Shown piece by piece: positions 61,101-64,000 of a DNA stretch of 64,000 bases. Position 1 is the first letter of the stretch. Every line of letters begins with the position of its first letter. The translations under genes were made by a program, and so were the position numbers. The notes beneath the pieces were generated by a model, which was not told where the DNA came from, did no database searches, and saw only the letters and a list, made by a program, of their open reading frames with translations. Location: positions 27,776,001 to 27,840,000 of the forward strand of contig OZ249438.1 in assembly GCA_965235115.1 (NCBI GenBank), given 5' to 3'. The DNA comes from Laetmonice hystrix. Lineage: Eukaryota.

Positions 61101-63201
61101 TTGGTATCAGCGGTGTTGGTGACGAACACCTCCCAATCTGTCTGTAGTTTATCGTTCTCCCGCCGCAACATCTCCTGACCGGGACTTGACGTCGATGCTA
61201 GGGTACCTTTCTGGAGCTCAGAAATCCGTTTTAACCGACCCTCGCCTTCTTCCAGGCTTGACATCACATCCTGGGTACCAAATACAGACGCTCTCAGCAA
61301 CGGTTTCATGTAAACCGACCATGTTAACAATCTACTGGCAAAGATTCCAGTGGAGTGAGTATTTGTGGTTTTACATCTAAGGCCATCTTCATGACAATAA
61401 CATAAGAGAATATCGTACAGTATCCCAGAGGTGTTCCCCGTTCCACACACCACCTACCTCGAGTCGGTCCAGTTTGTTCTGGAGAGTGTAGCGGTCCCCA
61501 GAAGCATCAGAACATGCAGTGACTTTATCATTGAGACCAGCGAGCCATTCAGTCATGTCCTGGACGGCGTCCTGATACTGTTGGTGGTCACTGACTGCCT
61601 GCTCACAATGGCTCAGTAACTCAGCTGAACTCGTACAGAGGGTACTGTACTGTTTACTGATGTCAGACAGCACTCTCGCCACGCGTGAGTCAGGGGTTGT
61701 CTCTGATAGTGACTGAGCACGTTCAGCGAGCGAGTCGAGAACATGTTGATGAGACAAGATGTCTTGGTGGTGTGCCTGGAAACAATCACTCCATGAACCA
61801 CGCCATACAACTCAACCTCAGTCTACCTTTGTTAATACAGCAAATAACCTACAAACTGATTCTATTTGGGGGCCACAATCCAAAACAAGAAATATTTTAA
61901 TCACTTTCACGTAAAATTAATAATCTGTAAACTCAATATTTAAAACAAAAACCAAGTTACAATCATTAAATCACCTTGTGATTCTGCTGCTGAACTTTCT
62001 TGTCCTGGAGGGTGGCCTTGACCTCAGAGTCCTGTTTGACCTTGGCAGAAGCATCTGAGAGCCAGCGCTGGAACTGTTGAAAGCTGTCATCATAGGAGGA
62101 CCACTGGAGGAGGCGGACCTCCAACTTACGCTGACTGTCAGACAAAGTATCTCCTAACATCTCCCACTTCTCACGTAGTAACCTGTAAGTATGGAAACAT
62201 TTTTAACATCTGTCTTACATCATCACCTCTACTATATTTCATTCCAAATATCTTGAAATTAAAACTGGTAGAAAATCAATCATATGGGTCGCAGAATAGC
62301 GCAGCTAGCCTTGCATACCTGAGTTCCTGTCGTATGATTTCTCGACCCTCAGCAGTTGTGCTTGGATAGAGGCATTCCCCTGCCTCTATGGTCTGGTGGA
62401 CCTGTGGCGCCCCCTGTTCTTTCTCCATCAACAACTCCTGCAAATACAAGGAAATTTATATTTTCAAAACTAAAATGGTTGGGATATTGTCCAAAAATTG
62501 AAATAACACTCAAACTACCATTGAATTGCGATGATTGTAGGGATACAGACCTGAATGTGAGCCTGTCTATCCTCGACAACCTGTTTGTCTCCCGTCATGT
62601 CAGCGCAGGCAGCCACTTTCTTGGACAGGTCATTGAGCCATCTCACACAGTTATCATAGGATGTCTTGTACTGCTGGTGCTCGCCTACCTGTCCCTCCCA
62701 CTTCTCAATCACATCCTGGAGGTTCAAACAAAATTACTTAATCCTAACTTGTCCATGTACAAAGGCCTCAGACATCTACTGTCATGTCCAAATTCTAACA
62801 TAGGTCTCCTTGCTCCCATATCAAGTACCAAAGATTTACTCAAAGTAAACACAGATCTCTCAGTGTTCTTAGAACTCCTGTCATGTCAACTAACACCAAC
62901 TAACACCTTTCTTGCCAAATGTTCTTTATGATTTTGAATTTAGTGAATGTATTTTGGGCATACATGTATAAGCCTAGTGTGGATTCTACCCATTAGTGTC
63001 ATTGATGCAGATGGATTAATTTAAGAGAAATAAAGAAAGAAAAGGAGTCCTGACCTTGATGGCCTGTTTGAGGGCCTGGTAGCGGGTATTGAGTTGTGCC
63101 GTTTGTGTCACCATCTTTGATTCGCCCAGTTGAAGATGATGCGCTTTCACATTGACGGCTTCAAACAGAGGCTGTTTGGCTGCGATATCCTGCTGCTCGG
63201 C
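1..63201 (-). CDS. SYNE1: Giant spectrin-repeat protein, nesprin-1/Msp300-like; partial multi-exon gene (68 core exons, about 5,630 aa in window, both ends outside)
   Basis: Seen: 68 GT-AG exons join with matching phases into one open frame of consecutive spectrin-type repeats (helix-A Trp such as QWL/TWL, helix-C W/Y such as RYQTL). Inference: length, the two-repeat periodic array and the WILQMSFRLMSH segment resemble invertebrate nesprin-1/Msp300 as I recall it. CH and KASH domains are not in the window, so spectraplakin or dystrophin-like identity is not formally excluded. Confidence 0.72.
2845..3030 (-). CDS. Spectrin-repeat exon 67
   Basis: AG/GT, 186 nt; AVLRDRQRH..LRDTQ. Confidence 0.88.
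3079..3161. repeat. 40-bp direct duplication
   Basis: catactcctacaatcacctcgctaacggtggcagccagaa x2. Confidence 0.9.
5876..6058 (-). CDS. Spectrin-repeat exon 66
   Basis: AG/GT, 183 nt; TLKIELETI..EQELQ. Confidence 0.9.
6208..6375 (-). CDS. Spectrin-repeat exon 65
   Basis: AG/GT, 168 nt; LSQRAHDLE..VNQLQ. Confidence 0.9.
7443..7598 (-). CDS. Exon 64 (end of insert plus helix C)
   Basis: AG/GT, 156 nt; SLCSEFVAI..LNTSWNRLQAQ continues into LSQRAHDLE of exon 65. Confidence 0.82.
8422..9321 (-). CDS. Exon 63: helix B of a repeat plus ~270-aa S/T/P-rich disordered insert
   Basis: Acceptor ggctttcag, donor cag|gtaaat (second in-frame donor ccc|gtgagt at 8343), 900 nt, phase 0-0; ALTAQITAS..VSTNQ. 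Confidence 0.8.
9927..10468. repeat. Intronic minisatellite, 77-bp unit x7
   Basis: catcatatagcagaggtgtacggacttgctgtgtgagagccctgg.. at 9927, 10004, 10081 and onward. Confidence 0.95.
12550..12867 (-). CDS. Spectrin-repeat exon 62
   Basis: AG/GT, 318 nt; NLITDIEWH..LAEHN. Confidence 0.9.
13077..13106. repeat. (AAAT)n microsatellite
   Basis: About 7 copies just 3' of the exon 61 donor. Confidence 0.85.
13123..13428 (-). CDS. Spectrin-repeat exon 61
   Basis: AG/GT, 306 nt; TLVADAAPL..LAMQE. Confidence 0.9.
13618..13941 (-). CDS. Spectrin-repeat exon 60
   Basis: AG/GT, 324 nt; SLMGELESL..LREYR. Confidence 0.9.
14064..14321 (-). CDS. Spectrin-repeat exon 59
   Basis: AG/GT, 258 nt; VRPMVGAQQ..MEENK. 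Confidence 0.88.
14513..14732 (-). CDS. Spectrin-repeat exon 58
   Basis: AG/GT, 220 nt, phase 2-0; LQWQSKEQQ..LRLEQ. Confidence 0.88.
14881..15045. repeat. Intronic minisatellite, 30-bp unit x about 5.5
   Basis: cctgcctacctactatcactatgagccctt repeated. Confidence 0.9.
15113..15249 (-). CDS. Spectrin-repeat exon 57
   Basis: AG/GT, 137 nt, phase 0-2; SASEMIERG..HIQD. Confidence 0.88.
15359..15536. mobile_element. 178-bp MITE with 15-bp terminal inverted repeats and 5-bp target-site duplication
   Basis: Left end cagggccgtgcccag, right end ctgggcacggccctg (perfect inverse), flanked on both sides by gtcac; superfamily not assigned. Confidence 0.8.
15569..15712 (-). CDS. Spectrin-repeat exon 56
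   Basis: AG/GT, 144 nt; ETVVNWVGY..LKQAK (frame not shown in the ORF track). Confidence 0.88.
15937..16119 (-). CDS. Spectrin-repeat exon 55
   Basis: AG/GT, 183 nt; DYIASLRRH..HRAIQ. Confidence 0.9.
16312..16428 (-). CDS. Spectrin-repeat exon 54
   Basis: AG/GT, 117 nt; TNLARVDKI..IDETE. Confidence 0.9.
16744..16956 (-). CDS. Spectrin-repeat exon 53
   Basis: AG/GT, 213 nt; AAFSDRPMI..WHEYQ. Confidence 0.9.
17149..17322 (-). CDS. Spectrin-repeat exon 52
   Basis: AG/GT, 174 nt; EVMKEKGQY..LQQHK. Confidence 0.9.
17533..18009 (-). CDS. Spectrin-repeat exon 51
   Basis: AG/GT, 477 nt; NVVETLASR..REVLL. Confidence 0.9.
18266..18571 (-). CDS. Spectrin-repeat exon 50
   Basis: AG/GT, 306 nt; NLREKLDSY..LDRYK. 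Confidence 0.9.
18741..18927 (-). CDS. Spectrin-repeat exon 49
   Basis: AG/GT, 187 nt, phase 2-0; VAVLVRKRV..LEQAQ. Confidence 0.9.
19071..19213 (-). CDS. Spectrin-repeat exon 48
   Basis: AG/GT, 143 nt, phase 0-2; GLDAGARTY..REDFY. Confidence 0.9.
19451..19777 (-). CDS. Spectrin-repeat exon 47
   Basis: AG/GT, 327 nt; TLLAEIKDY..CKKHQ. Confidence 0.9.
19972..20298 (-). CDS. Spectrin-repeat exon 46
   Basis: AG/GT, 327 nt; ALVRDIESK..IDKYK. Confidence 0.9.
20719..20841 (-). CDS. Candidate 123-nt cassette exon (DRDEYDEVEGYDEVDSLPFGVHQTPLTLTPCSFRCLSGVGC)
   Basis: Acceptor ..tacttgtgatacag after a pyrimidine tract, donor tgt|gtgagt, phase 0-0, stop-free. Confidence 0.6.
20999..21206 (-). CDS. 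Spectrin-repeat exon 45
   Basis: AG/GT, 208 nt, phase 2-0; SIERKHAEL..LQDHF. Confidence 0.9.
21361..22680. repeat. Intronic minisatellite, 30-bp unit x about 44
   Basis: ctgactgatgtggtcactgaggggagacga, highly homogeneous; begins at the exon 44 donor. Confidence 0.97.
22687..22805 (-). CDS. Spectrin-repeat exon 44
   Basis: AG/GT, 119 nt, phase 0-2; NLSEKLTEK..VTEHI. Confidence 0.9.
23341..24370 (-). CDS. Candidate alternative exon B (phase 2 to 0), 343-aa mostly low-complexity segment
   Basis: Acceptor tctgttag, donor aag|gtcagg, 1030 nt stop-free (extends ORF 23281..24270 upstream); in frame with exon 44. Confidence 0.45.
24853..25501 (-). CDS. Candidate alternative exon A (phase 2 to 0; or first coding exon MADVNMPTPLDS.. 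from ATG at 25473)
   Basis: Acceptor tttcttctcaatcag, donor cag|gtaaga, 649 nt, stop-free; ATG in aggATGg context. Confidence 0.55.
28556..32728 (-). CDS. Giant 4.2-kb alternative exon, ~1,390-aa intrinsically disordered segment (terminal, or internal via the donor at 28559)
   Basis: 1,397-aa stop-free ORF in the ORF track; acceptor ccttgatatttcag|CGT at 32728 is in phase with exon 43; stop TGA (28556-28558) overlaps the donor tc|GTGAGT; contains coding tandem repeats in the open frame. Confidence 0.8.
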   Translation of the reverse strand, partial: RGRNSEAGTQTTLSVLRDSLGRPSDTGRSQTQAPTGRPSDTGRSQTQGHTGRPSDTGRSQTQGPTGRPSDTGRSQTQGPTGRPSDTGRSQTQGHTGRPSDTGRSQTQGPAGRPWTDSHQEADGGRGLEARADIRSSGGRDWRSRQASPSRIPLRSPRSSSQRSRRTARPPGGNRQESPGGRSNPRTLSQSPSRIPRLQGRATSRSPPGSLVRHRSVSPGGASRIPRRTADQSPVRRAPPRQKPDPTSWDLNVPTRGQSKSPVRGSAQGRPSPSPVRGSRAGPRSGNTTSGSSAVTDRSATSLSSRRNLSKPGKRRLPEPSSGGAKPRTLIHPHSDNHQNLDVSQGAASGPSSPRSAKSSATDTDRKRRRLPKVGGKVFQDEPQESDVESGYGETECVSINISVEHVLAEELGLQTDSDSRGRTVSVASTQTDEGLVRVESDLERTFDDHRLLTESNRHRVDVCDSATSSYSSQDNVVLAVLEADRAMQELMAVDQPGQESALPLQPTPGSRGVEDLTVSTQFYPVRVMLVDEEDTQGVPHTQELGQTQHRDSEEDGEEDEVTVIPISCTAGVTNLHTRAPQFSPPPPGGVCPDNMWLIEGPDISTQTVRRHMEVVDHEVEQITHILKPNTDLVSDSTDEEEETGEEEEEPGINGFYTEEPEEEYDDLGDDAKSWVSGLTEPEPPSVSVSSQDFSTQTPRHRTTQTPEDACTQTPWDDGTRPQTPASTLIKLNGTTWSSYPGSNMLTATGGGGTSSVLLQTMPIPGQDSMLGDRVLPDTGTLALPATGDIPEPPSYIQAYQRYIESFDGTRSGPFVPGDDREPLDNTGFEEATIRPAASVTSAVSRQTPQSGQTNSTGATAMPMPMLRDPTGGAVNTGNTHQEATASNKPSCEEDTANLLEKLEGLIIDSQPREPAGGHAAQSEVVKETKDSSTDPLTVTARSFSTQTFGQMVAQRAMTTQTEQGQTEDVISAQAAPTTASVKVNSQPPLPESLLLIGQPVDAPSSRSQSKKKKEKPDKHKKHKNREGSRRVSQPPRDIESERGTTTRKDLLKYMLRQVRDLKVQYGGAEEGPSKGEDPGREERRRVRKLPPRDSSVRFDRLEKSPHRLQRRHSIESLITDADIDLKGRLEGNKRYEPRRRAFTPPSGVLYTSHPREICDQYPFNQHSPGQRRLPSVPVRDVPPYSVPYPQTVPSHSVPYPQTVPLHSVPYPQTVPPHSVPYPQTVPPHSVPYPQTVSPHSVPYPQTVPPHSVPYPQTVPPHSVPYPQTVPPVVSHPSPGSLPQAAGVVLGGHGSVTNGSMFPVPGTQGYQPVNTIPGPPVLLIPAGPTPGHQPRVVVTAPVKNTTKDKSNTKPRKKHSKSRDLDDSLDMAQKQADKLKKISGRLKKKVQS
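28915..29190. repeat. Coding repeat, 33-bp unit x8 (PPHSVPYPQTV)
   Basis: gggggtactgtctgcgggtacggtaccgagtgc repeated inside the giant exon. Confidence 0.95.
32398..32670. repeat. Coding repeat, 45-bp unit x6 (GRPSDTGRSQTQG[P/H]T)
   Basis: gtgtctgtgatcggcctgtgtctgagggcctgccggtgggtccct repeated inside the giant exon. Confidence 0.95.
33532..33764. repeat. Intronic minisatellite, 40-bp unit x about 6
   Basis: ctgctggttatgaatgtctacatttactcccgtcacccag repeated. Confidence 0.93.
36087..37495. repeat. Intronic minisatellite, 100-bp unit (100-102) x14
   Basis: cgacacagggaactctctcacagcggtatc.. at 36091, 36191, 36291 and onward; variation mainly in a (ga)n tract. Confidence 0.96.
38030..38434. promoter_or_regulatory. 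Two CTCF-consensus-like motifs
   Basis: ccgccaggtggcgc (38030-38043) and ccactaggtggcac (38421-38434) vs core CCASYAGRKGGCRS; motif match only. Confidence 0.3.
38466..38774 (-). CDS. Spectrin-repeat exon 43
   Basis: AG/GT, 309 nt; ELRGAISQK..RRGRLK; phase-0 donor joins in frame to either 32728 or 22805. Confidence 0.9.
38946..39296 (-). CDS. Spectrin-repeat exon 42
   Basis: AG/GT, 351 nt; ALLDQLVQY..ELQHLQ. Confidence 0.9.
39578..39742 (-). CDS. Spectrin-repeat exon 41
   Basis: AG/GT, 165 nt; ERLSEVVVR..RHQEAK. Confidence 0.9.
41415..41591 (-). CDS. Spectrin-repeat exon 40
   Basis: AG/GT, 177 nt; VLLEEIDNH..TALQIK. Confidence 0.9.
41853..42020 (-). CDS. Spectrin-repeat exon 39
   Basis: AG/GT, 168 nt; GEVLELDQA..KWILQMSFRLMSH..MVKHQ. 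Confidence 0.9.
42290..42436 (-). CDS. Spectrin-repeat exon 38
   Basis: AG/GT, 147 nt; SLLQDISSH..VKATIQ. Confidence 0.9.
42640..42966 (-). CDS. Spectrin-repeat exon 37
   Basis: AG/GT, 327 nt; EITNSLPDG..LEKYK. Confidence 0.9.
43086..43250 (-). CDS. Spectrin-repeat exon 36
   Basis: AG/GT, 165 nt; ESSQKLEQL..RINTIK. Confidence 0.9.
44691..44843 (-). CDS. Spectrin-repeat exon 35
   Basis: AG/GT, 153 nt; VLSSQILAQ..LQTSTK. Confidence 0.9.
44945..45268 (-). CDS. Spectrin-repeat exon 34
   Basis: AG/GT, 324 nt; ELKNGLPEG..LEEVE. Confidence 0.9.
45473..46105 (-). CDS. Spectrin-repeat exon 33
   Basis: AG/GT, 633 nt; ELQSSLDQG..RLQQLE. Confidence 0.9.
46206..46370 (-). CDS. Spectrin-repeat exon 32
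   Basis: AG/GT, 165 nt; DIMRRVDLH..RLSTLK. Confidence 0.9.
46565..46717 (-). CDS. Spectrin-repeat exon 31
   Basis: AG/GT, 153 nt; AEHAELLRR..LLSLSK. Confidence 0.9.
46922..47248 (-). CDS. Spectrin-repeat exon 30
   Basis: AG/GT, 327 nt; ALQPELGDG..LQHCQ. Confidence 0.9.
47553..47717 (-). CDS. Spectrin-repeat exon 29
   Basis: AG/GT, 165 nt; ESLQQAEIA..KLDKLK. Confidence 0.9.
47908..48060 (-). CDS. Spectrin-repeat exon 28
   Basis: AG/GT, 153 nt; GLHQDVTAY..LQANVK. Confidence 0.9.
48294..48620 (-). CDS. Spectrin-repeat exon 27
   Basis: AG/GT, 327 nt; EFVVMKEEG..LQKVK. Confidence 0.9.
48735..48899 (-). CDS. Spectrin-repeat exon 26
   Basis: AG/GT, 165 nt; DTLKKLEQH..QLQSLH. Confidence 0.9.
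49015..50334. repeat. Intronic minisatellite, 66-bp unit, 20 copies including the exon 25 donor
   Basis: ttacctttgaggcagtgag counted 20 times at about 66-bp spacing (49061 to 50316). Confidence 0.96.
50320..50472 (-). CDS. Spectrin-repeat exon 25
   Basis: AG/GT, 153 nt; IRHEEIVGE..LLTASK; its donor is the first unit of the 66-bp array. Confidence 0.9.
50742..50887 (-). CDS. Spectrin-repeat exon 24
   Basis: AG/GT, 146 nt, phase 1-0; RLLSQWADY..LKKHK. Confidence 0.9.
51002..51182 (-). CDS. Spectrin-repeat exon 23
   Basis: AG/GT, 181 nt, phase 0-1; ELSSEEEVG..TEAQL. Confidence 0.9.
51280..51444 (-). CDS. Spectrin-repeat exon 22
   Basis: AG/GT, 165 nt; GLEKQSALC..KLQKIQ. Confidence 0.9.
51696..51848 (-). 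CDS. Spectrin-repeat exon 21
   Basis: AG/GT, 153 nt; SLQVAVVSQ..LAQTIQ. Confidence 0.9.
52011..52502 (-). CDS. Spectrin-repeat exon 20
   Basis: AG/GT, 492 nt; EMVRRWEQY..LDRVK. Confidence 0.9.
52694..52846 (-). CDS. Spectrin-repeat exon 19
   Basis: AG/GT, 153 nt; VLLDDVIGH..LTVNIK. Confidence 0.9.
53004..53162 (-). CDS. Spectrin-repeat exon 18
   Basis: AG/GT, 159 nt; TKDDLEKCI..LEKLR. Confidence 0.9.
53734..53898 (-). CDS. Spectrin-repeat exon 17
   Basis: AG/GT, 165 nt; DIDQTRAQG..LSTLQQ. Confidence 0.9.
54750..54914 (-). CDS. Spectrin-repeat exon 16
   Basis: AG/GT, 165 nt; DHVARYEAY..RLDRLQ. Confidence 0.9.
55089..55241 (-). CDS. Spectrin-repeat exon 15
   Basis: AG/GT, 153 nt; NLMQDVLSY..LCSNAR. 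Confidence 0.9.
55388..55879 (-). CDS. Spectrin-repeat exon 14
   Basis: AG/GT, 492 nt; EILKKCEQN..LQTYK. Confidence 0.9.
56107..56259 (-). CDS. Spectrin-repeat exon 13
   Basis: AG/GT, 153 nt; DLFSSVKSK..LLTSTK. Confidence 0.9.
56491..56698. repeat. 68-bp tandem repeat x3
   Basis: catgtcaactacacaatcttgaggcgttaccactcagacaaccaccgcagatttagacacggatggca x3. Confidence 0.93.
56768..56805. promoter_or_regulatory. Candidate cis-regulatory module: Sp/KLF box, CCAAT and palindromic RFX X-box
   Basis: cccacgccc (56768), attgg (56777), gtttccatggtaac (56792-56805; matches GTTNCCATGGNAAC); motif match only. Confidence 0.3.
57228..57290 (-). CDS. Candidate 63-nt cassette exon (EILEDEDNHSEPVEALVSKEH)
   Basis: Acceptor ttcctttgttctgtag, donor cat|gtaagg, phase 0-0, stop-free; the chain stays in frame with or without it. 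Confidence 0.6.
57697..58020 (-). CDS. Spectrin-repeat exon 12
   Basis: AG/GT, 324 nt; DLENSLPDG..LKKYQ. Confidence 0.9.
58141..58305 (-). CDS. Spectrin-repeat exon 11
   Basis: AG/GT, 165 nt; EAIQKSERC..KLDRIQ. Confidence 0.9.
58429..58581 (-). CDS. Spectrin-repeat exon 10
   Basis: AG/GT, 153 nt; ALVQDVNSH..LLTEAK. Confidence 0.9.
58796..59122 (-). CDS. Spectrin-repeat exon 9
   Basis: AG/GT, 327 nt; VLLADKEVG..LQNNK. Confidence 0.9.
59380..59544 (-). CDS. Spectrin-repeat exon 8
   Basis: AG/GT, 165 nt; ELITKWTRY..KEALQ. Confidence 0.9.
59585..60441. mobile_element. Non-autonomous Tc1/mariner-derived DNA transposon, about 855 bp, long imperfect TIRs, TA flanks
   Basis: Left tatcgggtggataaaaaaaaacgccccgaa matches the inverse of right ttcggggcgttttttttatccacccgata; inverted similarity continues about 200 bp; TA at both ends (exact boundary ambiguous by 2 bp). 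Confidence 0.85.
59823..59939 (-). pseudogene. Transposase C-terminal remnant
   Basis: SQCWEDISLSEIRKCIGS*KKRLGAVWSENGGLIDHLL*, matching the typical Tc1/mariner C-terminal W..I..I...I.S..KRL.AV...NGG..HL pattern; one internal stop. Confidence 0.7.
60634..60786 (-). CDS. Spectrin-repeat exon 7
   Basis: AG/GT, 153 nt; NIKSEIEDY..LQDTVK. Confidence 0.9.
60947..61270 (-). CDS. Spectrin-repeat exon 6
   Basis: AG/GT, 324 nt; DVMSSLEEG..VEKLK. Confidence 0.9.
61458..61775 (-). CDS. Spectrin-repeat exon 5
   Basis: AG/GT, 318 nt; AHHQDILSH..KLDRLE. Confidence 0.9.
61975..62182 (-). CDS. Spectrin-repeat exon 4
   Basis: AG/GT, 208 nt, phase 2-0; LLREKWEML..QQNHK. Confidence 0.9.
62319..62437 (-). 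CDS. Spectrin-repeat exon 3
   Basis: AG/GT, 119 nt, phase 0-2; ELLMEKEQG..IRQEL. Confidence 0.9.
62551..62715 (-). CDS. Spectrin-repeat exon 2
   Basis: AG/GT, 165 nt, phase 0-0; DVIEKWEGQ..RQAHIQ. Confidence 0.9.
63055..63201 (-). CDS. Spectrin-repeat exon 1 (window numbering)
   Basis: AG/GT, 147 nt, phase 0-0; AEQQDIAAK..ALKQAIK. Confidence 0.9.
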
Positions 63202-64000
63202 CTGCAACCAAAACAATATAAACCATGGCTATGTGGTACAGGTGTTGTCAACAATCTCAATATATTCACCTACATCAACGCGTACAGGACGGAATTGATA
63301 ACAAAAATTAGCACATGACAAAAAAAAGTGAAAACCTGTACTTTAATTGTGTTTTTTTTTAAGCAAAATTTAAAGATCTTCTATGAGTTCGATATATTTC
63401 ACTGCTTAGGTACTGGTATACATTCAAGACCTGGTTATCAGCATTCTCCACGCTGGGCATATAGTATGAAGTTGATATTCCTAAAAATCTGGTAATATAG
63501 TGCCAGCCTCTGACAAGCGATCAAACTCTATGGTTTCAACCAAACAGATCCACTACACTCATCTCGGAAACAAGACACTTGGAACAGTGTCCTCTCAATG
63601 GGCAATCTATGGAGATTAGCCTTTGTAGGCTATGAACAGGATGAGCACATGATGGTATTGCAAACACACACACTGGATTTCCTACAGGCCTAGGACTATT
63701 AAATGATACATCGGAGGAACTCAGAATAAGTGTGCAAGAGTGTTAGTGGCTGTGTATGGACAGGGCACCTGGAAAGGAGAGAAACTAGAACGCAGATTAA
63801 GGGTAGCAAGCTTAATCTTTACCATTCTATAGTTTATCACCGGTATAATTTATACAGTCTTCTTTGCATCCAATAGGCAATAACTGACATTTTCTATCAT
63901 AGATATAATTTTAAGACCTTTCATAGACTGACCACGCTAAAGCGAGTGCATACAAAAAGGTAAAATGTGCAAATCCGGCAGAAAGGCTAAACTTTGGTTT

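Noticed and set aside
221-63318. Many plus-strand ORFs (e.g. 221-661, 13126-13632, 17690-17950, 28658-29275, 62356-62931)
   Set aside because: They are antisense shadows of minus-strand exons or coding repeats with no independent splice or domain evidence.
1-64000. tRNA, rRNA, snoRNA, KASH or CH domains
   Set aside because: No recognisable sequence for any of these; small ncRNAs cannot be excluded without Infernal/tRNAscan.

Overview
Eukaryotic (animal, probably invertebrate) genomic DNA. The whole window lies inside one giant intron-containing gene on the minus strand encoding a spectrin-repeat protein, most consistent with the nesprin-1/SYNE1 (Msp300/ANC-1) family. Both gene ends lie outside the window: no calponin-homology or KASH domain is visible, so the family call is an inference. 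I rebuilt by hand a continuous, phase-consistent chain of 68 GT-AG exons (63201 to 1; about 16.9 kb, about 5,630 codons). The 5' half is about 13 tandem copies of a ~215-aa two-spectrin-repeat unit with a recurring intron pattern. Several extra, probably alternative, exons sit at the phase-0 junction after helix A of a repeat. The largest is a 4.2-kb disordered exon (28560-32728) with 3 SxIP (EB-binding-type) motifs, 8 TQT (LC8-binding-type) motifs and coding tandem repeats. Its stop codon overlaps a GTGAGT donor, so it could be a terminal or an internal exon. Two phase-matched candidate exons follow it. Other inserts are a 41-aa exon with tandem YDEV motifs, a 21-aa acidic exon, and an exon with a 19-aa TQ-containing repeat. 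Introns hold several minisatellites (one is 19 extra copies of a real 5' splice site, each preceded by an in-frame stop), a long-TIR Tc1/mariner-derived element and a small MITE. No RNA genes, CRISPR arrays or prokaryotic features are supported. All coordinates were read by eye; none of the isoform or motif-function claims has expression or binding evidence here.
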